Source: an uncultured Gammaproteobacteria bacterium
GTDB taxonomy: Bacteria > Patescibacteriota > Patescibacteriia > UBA2169
NCBI GenBank assembly: GCA_964611875.1
Contig: CAZTBF010000002.1
Location: 184,439-248,438, forward strand
Length of the DNA: 64,000 nt
Direction: 5' to 3'
Both the position numbers and the translations under genes were made by a program. The notes beneath the pieces are model-generated. The model saw only the letters and a program-made list of their open reading frames with translations, was not told the origin of the DNA and ran no database searches. This document shows positions 33,021 to 43,802 of the stretch, one piece after another (position 1 is the stretch's first letter; every line of letters begins with the position of its first letter).

Positions 33021-33881
33021 GTGCAGTTAACTGATCTCGAAACCATACAATATATTGCAAAGAAACATAAGATACATCCATCTAAAGCATATGGGCAGCA
33101 TTTTTTAATTGATCAAGATGTATTAGACGAAATGGTGCGTATTGCTGATATCCGATCAAAAGAAAACATTGTAGAAATAGGGCCAGGACTCGGTGTACTT
33201 ACGCAGGAATTGGTTGCGAAACAAGCCAATGTTGTTGCAATAGAAAAAGATCCTGCATTGATACATCACTTAGAAACCGTATTTGGCAAAGATATTACGC
33301 TGGTACATGAAGATGTCTTACGCATTACGAATGAAGCTATTCCTACCTATTTCAATAAAAAAGAAGAAGTATCGGCTAACCGATATAGAATTATTGCTAA
33401 TATTCCGTATAGTATTACCGGAGCATTACTCAAGAAATACATATCGAATACGACACCAAAACCAACAGAAATGATGGTGTTAGTACAAAAGGAAGTAGCA
33501 GAACGAGTATGTGCTGAACCTGGGAATATGAGTTTATTGTCTTTATCTGTACAGTTATATGGCGATCCTTCATACCTTTTTACCGTCCCGAGTGAAAGCT
33601 TTTGGCCCGCACCGAAAGTAGATTCAGCCGTGCTCTATATTAAGTATATTCAAGAAAAGCCACGCTATACGATTGCCGATATTGATACCTTTTGGCGCAT
33701 TGCACGCATTGGTTTTTCTTCCCCTCGGAAACAGATACATAATAATTTAGTAGCAGGGCTTTCGAAAGAGAATAGAGATGCAATTGAACAGGCACTTGCT
33801 GTTGTTGGTATTTCTCCACGTGCACGAGCGCAAGAATTATCTGTTGAAGATTGGGTAAAACTTACACACGAACTTGCATAA
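33021..33881 (+). CDS. rsmA: 16S rRNA (adenine1518/1519-N6)-dimethyltransferase
   Basis: GTG start. Motifs KAYGQHFL, EIGPGLGVLT and ANIPYSIT. Confidence 0.9.
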   Translation: MQLTDLETIQYIAKKHKIHPSKAYGQHFLIDQDVLDEMVRIADIRSKENIVEIGPGLGVLTQELVAKQANVVAIEKDPALIHHLETVFGKDITLVHEDVLRITNEAIPTYFNKKEEVSANRYRIIANIPYSITGALLKKYISNTTPKPTEMMVLVQKEVAERVCAEPGNMSLLSLSVQLYGDPSYLFTVPSESFWPAPKVDSAVLYIKYIQEKPRYTIADIDTFWRIARIGFSSPRKQIHNNLVAGLSKENRDAIEQALAVVGISPRARAQELSVEDWVKLTHELA

Positions 33882-33908
33882 GTAGTAGGTCATACATACC
33901 AGTACTAA

Positions 33909-33933
33909 AACGTGTAACAGTACACGTTTTTTT
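33909..33933 (+). terminator. Intrinsic terminator after rsmA
   Basis: AACGTGTA-ACAG-TACACGTT plus a T-run. Confidence 0.7.
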
Positions 33934-33934
33934 G

Positions 33935-33964
33935 TTGAATATTTTTATATGTTTATGATATAAT
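33935..33964 (+). promoter_or_regulatory. Sigma70-like promoter (TTGAAT-18-TGATATAAT) of the giant-protein operon
   Basis: Extended -10 with consensus TATAAT. Confidence 0.6.
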
Positions 33965-33987
33965 ATTTGTATCTAACACAACTTGAT

Positions 33988-34554
33988 ATGCAGCGATTTC
34001 ATATTATTTTATTTTCAGTTTTTGCAGTTCTTTCTGTTGTCTTTGGTTTTATTCAGATTGGTAAAAATGTAACATTGTCGTTTAATGTTCCTGATGAATT
34101 ATTATCTGAAGAAGCTACGAACACCGTAACACAACAATTCACTGATACTGATCAAGATGGTCTTTCTGATATTGAAGAAATACAGGTGTACTACACAAGT
34201 CCATATATTGCTGATTCAGATTCTGATGGCGTAAGCGATGCTGATGAAGTTGCACTCGGGACAAACCCAAATTGTCCTGAAGGCACGGATTGTTCTGGTG
34301 ATGGAATAGTTCAAAGCACCGAAGTGGATGAGGTGTCCACTGGAGAAATAGACCCAGAAACATTAGAAACGTTAGAAGTGCTCAGCACCATTCAGGGTGG
34401 CGGTATTCCTGATCCAGAGAAAGTTCGTAACGTATTGAGAAGTTCTGGTGTGAGTGATGAAGAACTTGCCGGTGCATCCGATGAAGAACTTTTGGAATTG
34501 ATGCTTGTGGTTATGGAACAAGTTCAAGCACAACTACAGCAACCAGCTGAATAA
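33988..34554 (+). CDS. Membrane-anchored acidic protein with thrombospondin type 3 repeats
   Basis: TM helix IILFSVFAVLSVVFGFIQI, then DTDQDGLSD and DSDSDGVSD. Confidence 0.75.
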   Translation: MQRFHIILFSVFAVLSVVFGFIQIGKNVTLSFNVPDELLSEEATNTVTQQFTDTDQDGLSDIEEIQVYYTSPYIADSDSDGVSDADEVALGTNPNCPEGTDCSGDGIVQSTEVDEVSTGEIDPETLETLEVLSTIQGGGIPDPEKVRNVLRSSGVSDEELAGASDEELLELMLVVMEQVQAQLQQPAE

Positions 34555-34559
34555 CACAC

Positions 34560-37500
34560 ATGAAAAAATCAAAACAAACAAGACATAAAAATCGCATAGG
34601 TATAGGTATTGTTTCAGCATGTCTTGCTTTTTTTGTTTTTGCACAACCTGCACACGCTATTCTTGGTATTGGAGACATTAGCATTACGGCAGGTGACATC
34701 CCTCGTACTATTGAAAAAATTGTAGGGAACATTGTACAGAAGTTTGGATCACGTGCTTTTTATCAAGCATTGAGAAGTGTGACCTATCAATTAGCACAAG
34801 ATACTGCAGTATGGGTTGCCTCAGGGGATAGAGGGAAAAAACCGTTAATTTTTACTGATTTTAAAAAAGGACTCTCAAGTGTGGGTGATGAAGTTGCTGG
34901 AAAGTTTTTGGTAAACCTTTCAAGCTTTGATGGAGGGATCCCTGTTAATTTGTGTAGCTCAGAAAGTTTAAAGAAACGAAGTGCTTTGGTTATTGGAGTT
35001 TCAAAATCGGTTCGTGATTTTGATATTTTTGCAGACACACAATTTGCAGACATAAACAATGATATTGGGCAACGAGGTTGTAGCTTATCAAAAATTAGTG
35101 ACAATGTTACTGAAGCAGCAAAATACTATAAAGAGAGTGCTGAGGCAACCGCACAGAGTTTGAAAAATTTACAAAGTGGTTTTGATACGGGTAAAACCGA
35201 TATTAGTACGTTTTTAGTGTTGCAAGAATATGCATCAAAAGAAAAAGCTGATACAAAATTACAAGTACAACTTGATGCAAGTAAGGGAGTTGTTGAGGGC
35301 AAGGATGCTGTTGGAAATGTCAAAAATGCTGCTGAAGACGTAAAACGTGTCCAAGATCAAATTACCGAAAAAGCAATTAATCCAAATCCTGCACAGGTGA
35401 CTGGAGACATTTTTGTTGATGCATTTCAAATATTTACTAACACTCTTGCACAAACATATTTACAACGTTTGAGTAGTGGATTTTACCCTCTGAGAAAAAC
35501 AGCTTCTCCAGATAGCTTTGTGTCACGTATTGGGGGAGAAGGATCAAGTTCTCGTCGAGCACTGCTTGCAAGTTTTAGTGAATTTTCTCCAGAGAATGTG
35601 TTGGATGTTGGTTCTCCTGGTGAAATTGATTTATTTAGTGAAATGGCATCATGTCCCCCGGGCAATTTGCAATCACCATATCATTGTTTACTGAGTAGAG
35701 GATTACAACAAGCAGTACAAGAAGGTATTACAGTACGACAAGCACTTGAAAGAGGATTGCTTGATCCAAATATGCTGTTCCCGCAAGAGCATGATAACAC
35801 CCAACCAGTGCTTTCTATAGAAAACATTAGAAAGCTTCGCTTTTTGCGAGTAGTGCCTCTTGGTTGGGAAATAGCAGCAGAACGTGCGTATGAGCGTGGA
35901 CAGGTTCGTTTAGGTACGGTGGTGCAGTGTTTTGAAGATAGTCAAAGTCCAAATGACCCACAAGCCCCTGCTTCCTGTGTAACCAGTACGCAAAATCCTG
36001 ATGCAGAAAATCCTTACTACCATTTAATTGATCCAACGTGGTTGCTTGATATCCCACAGCAGTTTTGTCGAGCACAAGGGTATGGCAATATTCCAGAACA
36101 TGAACGCTCTCCAAACAGAACACAGGCTTGTGTTGATTTACAAAGTTGTATTGAAACCGATGCTCAAGGAAATTGTGTTGCCTATGGGTATTGTACTCGT
36201 GAAAGAAACACGTGGCAGTTATCTGGTGAACAGTGTGAAGAACAGTACGCAACCTGTACCACATTTACCGCTTCAGATAATAGTACGCTTTCATTGCTCA
36301 CTAATTCATTAAATACAGAAGGATGTACTCTCCAAAATGCTGCTGGATGCCAATGGTATAGCCGGTTACGTAATCCGAATGAATCAGCTTCAGACAGAAG
36401 TGATGATTGGTATGATTTCCCATCGAATCGTATTTATCTCAATAGTCGTTCACAAAGCTGTGGCGTAAATCAAAAAGGATCAGAAGAAATTATTCCCTTT
36501 ACTCAAGGAATAAATTTAGTAAAGAATGGTGATTTTAGTGAAGATCTTTTTACGAAACGTGTCCCTGCTTCTGAAAATACTGTTGCATACCCAACCTATG
36601 ATGATGGGGGGTGGAAATTTACTGCTCTGAATAATAGTGGGCGTACCATTGATAGTGGTACCGATCCTTTTTATTTGTATCATGATACTCGATATGGTTT
36701 AGAAGCAATTAAGCCTGATCTTGCTGAACAAATTGTTCATTTAAAACCACGTACGTACTATACCCTTTCGTTTGATGTGCAATCATTAGATGAAAATACT
36801 GTTGCTGATGTGCGCGTTCAAATGGCACGATTAGAACAAATACGAAATGTATCCTTTCAAGGAGTAGCAGGAAGTGATACTGCGTATGATACCAGTATCG
36901 AGTCAACGACTTTAGCATTACGTATTGCGAACGTTCCTTCTAGTGAACCTGTTCGGTATGCTGCAACATTTTATAATACAGCACGAAGTGTAAGTACCGT
37001 TAATATTGAACTACGTGGAAATCTTTTATATGACAACATACAACTTGAGCCAATTAGTTTAGCAGAAGGAATTCGTGCAAAAGATCAGGTTGATGCATTT
37101 CTCCAAACAACCACAGGTGCTGTTGCTTCATTAGAGGCAAAGCAAGAATATGTAAACACGGTGCCATCAAATGCAAAAAACATTGCATCTCCAACCACAC
37201 CATATGGGTCATATAATGATAATCAAAAAAATAAACGAGTAGTATTTGCAGAGGCTGACAGTTGTACTGATGTTGAAGCAAGTGCGGTACGGTATACTCG
37301 TGCACGAGATGGGAAACAAACTATTGCACGTCTGACACCAAATGGCTTGTGTGCACAACAATGTAATGGCATGAATCAGTTTCTTGCCATACCAACACCT
37401 ATAGAAAAACTGGTAGATCAAAGTGCGGTTGCACATCGTGCATATTTTATTCCTTCACGCGCACAGTCTTGTCAGGCTCAAGATGTGGGGTGTGAGGTAT

Positions 37501-40500
37501 TTACCAATACGTCGAGTGGTACTGAACAGCGAGAGTATTACAGTAAAATAGAATCATGTGTTGCGGACACAAACCCGAATACCGCAACATTCTTTACTTG
37601 GGAAGGAACTGATACTGCAGGATTTCAATTGCGTGCGTGGCAATTTTTGGCAGAAGAACCTGAATCAAGTACTGATACACAATTGGGTCCGTGTGCTGCA
37701 TTCCCACAAGGGTTACGGCAGCAAGGGGGCATTTCTCCTGAAAATGCACAATGTCAGGGAGTGCAAGTATGTAGCCTAAATCCTGCTGATGAAAATTATA
37801 GTTCGACTTGTCGAACCTATTTAGATGTGAACGGTGTTGAATATACCCGAGACAGCACACGTTTAGTTACAGCATCAAACGAGTGTACTACATACCGACG
37901 AACGAACACGGTTAATGGGGTACAAGAACAATGGTATTTTATTCCAAATGAAGCAAATACTTGTAGACCTACTGCCATTGGGTGTCGTGAATATAAAGGA
38001 GCATTAGGAAATGTGACACAGACTATTTTTAACACTACTTTTGAAAACAATGTCACTGATCAATGGAGTAATGGAACCTTATCACCAGAAGCTATTGTTG
38101 CAGGAGAATCCTCTCTCCGCATTAGTGGGGGGACTGATGTTTCTCGTCCTGTTACCCTTGTAAACCCTGTTGGGAAATCATATCTGTTACGGTTTAATGC
38201 AAAAGCAGAGAATACAAATGGAGTATTAAATCTTATTCGTTTTGGTGTTACCGCTAATGGCACACAGCTCGATAGGTCTTTCATTGATGCTTCGACCGAT
38301 GCTCCTCTTGCACTCACAACAGATTGGCGTTCATATACTGTGGGGCCAGTACTGTATGAATCATTAGGTGGGGAATATGATACACAAAATCCACGAATAA
38401 TAATTCGTGCCCAAAATGGAAATGTCTTTATTGATGATATTGAGTTGGTTGAAGTACAAGATAGATTTTATGTGACCGATCAATCTACTCGAGCACAAGA
38501 AAATGGAGGAACCCAACCAAATGGTTGTTATACACAAAATTCAAATTACACCAATCCCGTATATGCCCGATGTGAAGCCTATACCGATAGCGCACGTAAC
38601 ACCTATTTTGTTGAAACATTTGATCAACTGTTCTCAGAAGAAGCATTGAGCTGTACCGCGGCAATTGTAACGAATAATTACACATATCCGTATAGTGAGC
38701 GATTCTTCCAAAAGAATAGTGTTGCTGCAGCTCCAGAGCTTCCAATAGATGTTCGTGCCGATAGGCTTGAGTATCGTAGATTGGTTGCACAAAATGTGGT
38801 GGTACCACAGGCTGCTGGTTGTACAGAGGTCGGATTACAAAAAACTGATTTGAGTGGTACGTATTGGCAAACAACGTATCGTACCATTGATCCCGATACT
38901 TTTGGACAGACATTGTGCCAAGATGCAAGTGTTGGGTGTGGTTCGTTTACCACAACCGAAGGGGCACAATATACTTTTAGAGATCCTCGTCAAAATGGAA
39001 ACATGTGTGAATGGAGTGCAGAAGCTCGTGGTGGTTTAGGTGGATGGGTTAAACAAGGAAGCGATGACCCGTGTGAAACTAATGATGCTCGCACCTGTCC
39101 TTCGGATCAAAATGCATGTACTGCGTATGCCGCATATAATGACGCAGCAAACATTGGATTAAGTGATACTCTCTTTTATCGTTCAAACACATTAACGAGT
39201 GGAGATTGTCAAAGTGAAGATATTGGTCTTGGTTGTGTGAGTTTCGTAGAACGATATGCAGATGACGGAGCACTCAAGGGTTCGGTATTGCCTGGGCAAG
39301 AACCCGGTATTCGAGTGTTGCAGGGAACACAACAACGACAATGTACTGAATGGCTTGCTCCAACAACAACTTCAACTATAGATGATCCTCGTACCAGAAG
39401 TAAGCGTGTGGTGAGTTATGATATTGGGCGATGTCAAAAATTAAGTCCAACAGGTGAATGTGTTACCTGGGTAGAACCTCTTGATGGAAGTGGGGTATAT
39501 CCTGCTGCGTATCTTGCAGATGATAACCAAACACCAACACGATTTTCTGTGAGCGCATACCAAAACAGATACACGTCAGTGACCGGCAACCCACAAACAC
39601 TGTTTAGTGGTGCATGGGAATATACTGGATATTCTTCTGCTGAACAATATCCAGCAGATGTGTTACAACAGTTTAATGGAGATAACCCAGTACTTGGTGT
39701 TTCTCGTGGAGGAACCTATCGTTGTCCTGCAGGGCAATGTAATGCAACAACACTCTATGCAACAGGATCTTCCTTTGGAACGGCTAATTTAGTTGGTATG
39801 TATGCGGTAATTGAAGATACTGACCTTGCTGGTGAAATACGTGAAATTGTTGGTAATAATCCAGGGCAACTCTTTATTTCTCCTGATTTTCCATTTTCTA
39901 CCGATCCTGAAGGTGCTGCTTTCCGTATTGTTGATGGTTCTGCTATTGAGTGTCGTGCTTACCCAGAAGAAGATGCGCCATTTGACCGTGGAGGTATTCG
40001 AGAGAGAGCAGCGTATACTGATATAGTTGATTTTACCGGTAATGCTGCATTACAAAACCTTACCTTATGTGAAGAAAGTGGTAAGGCATGTAGCTGTTCA
40101 TATAAAAAAGTCCAAACAGATACTGAAACCGTATACCTGAGCAAACAAACAACAAAACAACTTCCAGAGGATACACGTTCAGTAACCGATTTTGATGGAT
40201 GGCAAGGATATTGTTATGAATATGATTATGAGACTTTGGATCCAAATGGTAATCCTGTGTGTTTATCGTGGTGGCCTGTTGATGTTCCTGTTGGGGTAAC
40301 TAATATTTTTGATAATCACCCAAGTGCTGGGTTTGTTTCAAGTCAGCCATTATACTATTGTTTGGATGCTCAAAGTAATTTAAGGCAATCAATTCCAAAC
40401 GTTACTTTTGTTGAAGCAAAGAATAACACGTATGTGCTGGCACTTGAAAATGCAACTGGAAATTCAGTTGATGCTTTTAAAGCACACTTTAATACTGGTA

Positions 40501-43500
40501 CTGGATGGGTGCGACGCGATGCCACGAACCCAAAAGATGGGTATCATTTATTGCAACGTTTAGCAGATACCGATGGCCCTGAAAATGCATCAGGTATTAT
40601 GCAATTTAGTGTAAAACCTGATTCATTCTTTAGTACCTTAAAGGAATATGATATTGATTCAATTGTTTTGAAAGTTCGTAATAGTGAACATCAACGAGAA
40701 TGGCCAGGAGCTGGTGAAGAATTTGCGCTTTCTCGAAAAGGCCTTGCTATGAGCTTATTGACCAATCCTGAAATTGCAGATGAAAATAGGTGGACGGTTT
40801 TATGGTGTGGAGGAAAAGAAGATGCAAAATGTAGTTTTGGTGACGTGTATAGTTGGGATAAATTTAAACCATTTCTTGAACACACCAATGAAATTGTTGC
40901 ACCAAATGCAGAACATCCTGCAGATAACGATTTATGTTGGGGGCAAGCAGAAGTAAATGGTCAAAATATTTCTATAGATGCGAATGGTGGAACAAATATT
41001 TTTGGTATTCGAGCTATCTTTACAGATGAAAATGGTAATGCACCAGCTGGTTCAACGTATGCAACTGTTACTACTCAAGAACCACACTCATTCCTTGGAT
41101 TTGAAGGAGGGTTATGTGACAATACTGGTAGCGGTGGTTGGGTTGATTTTGAAGTTGTTTTTAAAGTACGTGAATGGTGTTCTGCTGTAGCTCAAGTAGA
41201 TACAAGTGGACAAAATGAAGCATGGAGTGGACGATTAGGAGGAAAAGCACAAGTTGCTTCTGGACTCTGTACACTTGAACCAGGGAATGAACGAGCTGCA
41301 TTTTGTTATAGTAATGCAGATTGTGCAGGGGAGAGAACCTGCCAATTGCATTTTGAAGTAGCCGATACTACTGGATTTATGAGTGGTGTCTATCAGGATC
41401 CGACCCAGAGATTCACTTTACAAACGGATGCTCAGCCATTTGGATCTATTGTTCCTCCAACAGATACCTTATTTGATCCAACACAATGGGATTCTCGTGA
41501 TGATACCTATCTTTTTGAACGCCTCGAGAATGGTTCACTTGTACAGGAAGAGCGTACTCTTGAGCCAGGGAAGCAACCTATTTACGTGGAGATTCCACAA
41601 GGGCAAGTACGTGCGGGCACACCCCTTGCATGTACTCGAGGTGCTGAGTGTTTATTACCTCCACATACTAATACTTCTGCTCAATCAGATGCCTTTACTG
41701 GCCTCTCAGGTGGTATTACTGCATTACGTAATTTGTTTACTCGCATTTTTGGTATTTGGATATTTAATCCAGAAACCGTAACCTACGAAGAACGCACCTC
41801 TGAACAGTTAGATATTGGTTTTGATTATTCGCAAGATGCCTCAGATGCTGGTCAATGTCCGGTGATACAAGATATTGAAAAAACAGCAACAGGTGATGCT
41901 ATTGTGTTTGATCCAACAACAGCGAATCCACAAAATTGGAATCCTATTGCAGATAGCTCAGGAAGAATAGCTGGGCGTAATTGTCCTTCCCCATCAGATG
42001 ATGTTGCACGTGCTGGTCGATACTCAATCAACGGACAAGCAGTTCCTCATCTTGCTGGTGTGGTGCAACAGAAACAACAAGTGCAAGTAGGGGAAGAAGT
42101 AAAATTGCAATTTTATGCATTTAATTATAATGGTGAGCAATTACCATTACGTACGATTACTATTGATTGGGGTGATGCTGGTGCCCCAACAATTATTACA
42201 GGTAATTTTAAGAATCATCGACCTGATTGTTCAAACCTTGGTGCAAATTATGGACAAACAGATCGAGCCTGTGATAGCAATTATTTTGAATTTAGACACG
42301 TATACCGAACATTAGGAAATAAATGGCCAATCGTTACTATTGAGGACAATTGGGGTAAACGTACGGTTGCACAGTATGCAGAAACTGGCGAACCAGTATT
42401 AGAAATTTATGATCAGTCTCGTGATATCCCATTAGAGTTTATTAACGTTGCACAACCAAGTGATGCTGCAGAGTTTCAGTGGGTTGCAACACCAAACAAA
42501 CTGGTGGTGAATTCGTTTAGAGTTGTAGTTACAACTATTGGTCAAAATGGAGACGTTTCAACGCAACCTTCTCAAACTGTTTCTGTTTCTGGTGGTGGTG
42601 ATGCAGCATATGAAGGGAACATACGTATTTCTAAAAATACTGACACCTCTATTATTACGATTACAGTACAAGGGTGTAATAATGAAAATCCAGAGCAACC
42701 AGTATGTGGTGCACTCTATAGAAAAAGCGAAGGAAACCCTCCTCGTATTGTCGATAACTTTCGTGTAGATAGTGGTATCGAAACGACCATTAACAAAGCA
42801 CAAGGTTCTGTGGTCACTGCAACATGGGACAGTTTGCCAGAGGCAGAATATTATCAAGTTGAAGTTTCTAAAGATAATGGAACATATGTTGCTGTGCGAC
42901 GTGAGGTGCGTAGCTATGCTGTGGTATATGAGCAACATACAAAAACGACCGATATTCGCATTCGTGCATGTAATGCTGTTGGCTGTGGTGCTCCTACTTC
43001 GATTAAGCGAGTATGGTATACCCCTACTGCGGTAACTGGTTTTGGACATACCCCGACACAACCATATCAAAATACACAAGTTACCGTAACCTGGAGCCAA
43101 AATGTGATTGCAGATCAATACATTGTATCGTATGGATATAATAACAGATCAAAAGTTGAACAATCAGTATCTACTCCGTATTTCACGTTACCTGTACAAT
43201 TTGGGGCAACAAATGCACAAGTGAGGGTGAGTGCTTGTAATACCAACACAACACATTGTGGAAGTGCCTCAAACGAATACACTATACCGTATACGTCCCC
43301 GCAGACAGATTGGCGGATTGCTTTTAGTGCTATTGGTGATCCTGCTGGCACCACCGGATGTGAAAGTCAGTACGGGCAAAACCATATTTGTAGTGCGAGT
43401 GAATTTAACAGTTATGCATTTAATCCTGTTGCATCTATTGATCGATCTACATTGCATATATTTGATACTGACTTACAACAGCGCATTGGACAAAAAGATT

Positions 43501-43754
43501 TTGCAGGGATTAAAGCAACAAAGGAGTACGTGGTAACACAAAATGGAACATATACTTTTTCTATATCAAGTGATGATGGTTCTGAATTTTGGGTGCGAAG
43601 ACAAGGACAACAATTGTTGCATCTAGACAATGGTGGTGACCATGGTACCACAGGGAAACAAGGTGCGGTAACACTTACTCCTGGCACCTATCAGTTGGAA
43701 TTTATTGGTTGGAATAACGATGGTGGTTCTGAATTCCATGTAAATCTTCCATAA
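34560..43754 (+). CDS. Giant (3064 aa) Cys-rich secreted/surface protein with lectin/CBM-like modules, FN3-like modules and C-terminal PA14 domain
   Basis: Signal/anchor IGIVSACLAFFVFAQPAHA. NGDFSE..YDNIQLEP spans ~36515-37055 and a second module ends in IDDIELVEV at ~38035-38460. FN3-like units are at ~42738-43300. PA14-like GTYTFSISSDDGSEFWV..GTYQLEFIGWNNDGGSEF spans ~43300-43751. Confidence 0.9.
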   Translation: MKKSKQTRHKNRIGIGIVSACLAFFVFAQPAHAILGIGDISITAGDIPRTIEKIVGNIVQKFGSRAFYQALRSVTYQLAQDTAVWVASGDRGKKPLIFTDFKKGLSSVGDEVAGKFLVNLSSFDGGIPVNLCSSESLKKRSALVIGVSKSVRDFDIFADTQFADINNDIGQRGCSLSKISDNVTEAAKYYKESAEATAQSLKNLQSGFDTGKTDISTFLVLQEYASKEKADTKLQVQLDASKGVVEGKDAVGNVKNAAEDVKRVQDQITEKAINPNPAQVTGDIFVDAFQIFTNTLAQTYLQRLSSGFYPLRKTASPDSFVSRIGGEGSSSRRALLASFSEFSPENVLDVGSPGEIDLFSEMASCPPGNLQSPYHCLLSRGLQQAVQEGITVRQALERGLLDPNMLFPQEHDNTQPVLSIENIRKLRFLRVVPLGWEIAAERAYERGQVRLGTVVQCFEDSQSPNDPQAPASCVTSTQNPDAENPYYHLIDPTWLLDIPQQFCRAQGYGNIPEHERSPNRTQACVDLQSCIETDAQGNCVAYGYCTRERNTWQLSGEQCEEQYATCTTFTASDNSTLSLLTNSLNTEGCTLQNAAGCQWYSRLRNPNESASDRSDDWYDFPSNRIYLNSRSQSCGVNQKGSEEIIPFTQGINLVKNGDFSEDLFTKRVPASENTVAYPTYDDGGWKFTALNNSGRTIDSGTDPFYLYHDTRYGLEAIKPDLAEQIVHLKPRTYYTLSFDVQSLDENTVADVRVQMARLEQIRNVSFQGVAGSDTAYDTSIESTTLALRIANVPSSEPVRYAATFYNTARSVSTVNIELRGNLLYDNIQLEPISLAEGIRAKDQVDAFLQTTTGAVASLEAKQEYVNTVPSNAKNIASPTTPYGSYNDNQKNKRVVFAEADSCTDVEASAVRYTRARDGKQTIARLTPNGLCAQQCNGMNQFLAIPTPIEKLVDQSAVAHRAYFIPSRAQSCQAQDVGCEVFTNTSSGTEQREYYSKIESCVADTNPNTATFFTWEGTDTAGFQLRAWQFLAEEPESSTDTQLGPCAAFPQGLRQQGGISPENAQCQGVQVCSLNPADENYSSTCRTYLDVNGVEYTRDSTRLVTASNECTTYRRTNTVNGVQEQWYFIPNEANTCRPTAIGCREYKGALGNVTQTIFNTTFENNVTDQWSNGTLSPEAIVAGESSLRISGGTDVSRPVTLVNPVGKSYLLRFNAKAENTNGVLNLIRFGVTANGTQLDRSFIDASTDAPLALTTDWRSYTVGPVLYESLGGEYDTQNPRIIIRAQNGNVFIDDIELVEVQDRFYVTDQSTRAQENGGTQPNGCYTQNSNYTNPVYARCEAYTDSARNTYFVETFDQLFSEEALSCTAAIVTNNYTYPYSERFFQKNSVAAAPELPIDVRADRLEYRRLVAQNVVVPQAAGCTEVGLQKTDLSGTYWQTTYRTIDPDTFGQTLCQDASVGCGSFTTTEGAQYTFRDPRQNGNMCEWSAEARGGLGGWVKQGSDDPCETNDARTCPSDQNACTAYAAYNDAANIGLSDTLFYRSNTLTSGDCQSEDIGLGCVSFVERYADDGALKGSVLPGQEPGIRVLQGTQQRQCTEWLAPTTTSTIDDPRTRSKRVVSYDIGRCQKLSPTGECVTWVEPLDGSGVYPAAYLADDNQTPTRFSVSAYQNRYTSVTGNPQTLFSGAWEYTGYSSAEQYPADVLQQFNGDNPVLGVSRGGTYRCPAGQCNATTLYATGSSFGTANLVGMYAVIEDTDLAGEIREIVGNNPGQLFISPDFPFSTDPEGAAFRIVDGSAIECRAYPEEDAPFDRGGIRERAAYTDIVDFTGNAALQNLTLCEESGKACSCSYKKVQTDTETVYLSKQTTKQLPEDTRSVTDFDGWQGYCYEYDYETLDPNGNPVCLSWWPVDVPVGVTNIFDNHPSAGFVSSQPLYYCLDAQSNLRQSIPNVTFVEAKNNTYVLALENATGNSVDAFKAHFNTGTGWVRRDATNPKDGYHLLQRLADTDGPENASGIMQFSVKPDSFFSTLKEYDIDSIVLKVRNSEHQREWPGAGEEFALSRKGLAMSLLTNPEIADENRWTVLWCGGKEDAKCSFGDVYSWDKFKPFLEHTNEIVAPNAEHPADNDLCWGQAEVNGQNISIDANGGTNIFGIRAIFTDENGNAPAGSTYATVTTQEPHSFLGFEGGLCDNTGSGGWVDFEVVFKVREWCSAVAQVDTSGQNEAWSGRLGGKAQVASGLCTLEPGNERAAFCYSNADCAGERTCQLHFEVADTTGFMSGVYQDPTQRFTLQTDAQPFGSIVPPTDTLFDPTQWDSRDDTYLFERLENGSLVQEERTLEPGKQPIYVEIPQGQVRAGTPLACTRGAECLLPPHTNTSAQSDAFTGLSGGITALRNLFTRIFGIWIFNPETVTYEERTSEQLDIGFDYSQDASDAGQCPVIQDIEKTATGDAIVFDPTTANPQNWNPIADSSGRIAGRNCPSPSDDVARAGRYSINGQAVPHLAGVVQQKQQVQVGEEVKLQFYAFNYNGEQLPLRTITIDWGDAGAPTIITGNFKNHRPDCSNLGANYGQTDRACDSNYFEFRHVYRTLGNKWPIVTIEDNWGKRTVAQYAETGEPVLEIYDQSRDIPLEFINVAQPSDAAEFQWVATPNKLVVNSFRVVVTTIGQNGDVSTQPSQTVSVSGGGDAAYEGNIRISKNTDTSIITITVQGCNNENPEQPVCGALYRKSEGNPPRIVDNFRVDSGIETTINKAQGSVVTATWDSLPEAEYYQVEVSKDNGTYVAVRREVRSYAVVYEQHTKTTDIRIRACNAVGCGAPTSIKRVWYTPTAVTGFGHTPTQPYQNTQVTVTWSQNVIADQYIVSYGYNNRSKVEQSVSTPYFTLPVQFGATNAQVRVSACNTNTTHCGSASNEYTIPYTSPQTDWRIAFSAIGDPAGTTGCESQYGQNHICSASEFNSYAFNPVASIDRSTLHIFDTDLQQRIGQKDFAGIKATKEYVVTQNGTYTFSISSDDGSEFWVRRQGQQLLHLDNGGDHGTTGKQGAVTLTPGTYQLEFIGWNNDGGSEFHVNLP

Positions 43755-43761
43755 TACTATA

Positions 43762-43790
43762 TTGACTTCACACAGCTCATCTGGTACGAT
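43762..43790 (+). promoter_or_regulatory. Sigma70-like promoter of efp (TTGACT-17-TACGAT) overlapping a hairpin
   Basis: The -10 ends 12 nt before the ATG. CACAGCTCATC/GATGAGCTGTG hairpin at 43771-43798. Confidence 0.45.
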
Positions 43791-43802
43791 GAGCTGTGTT
43801 AT

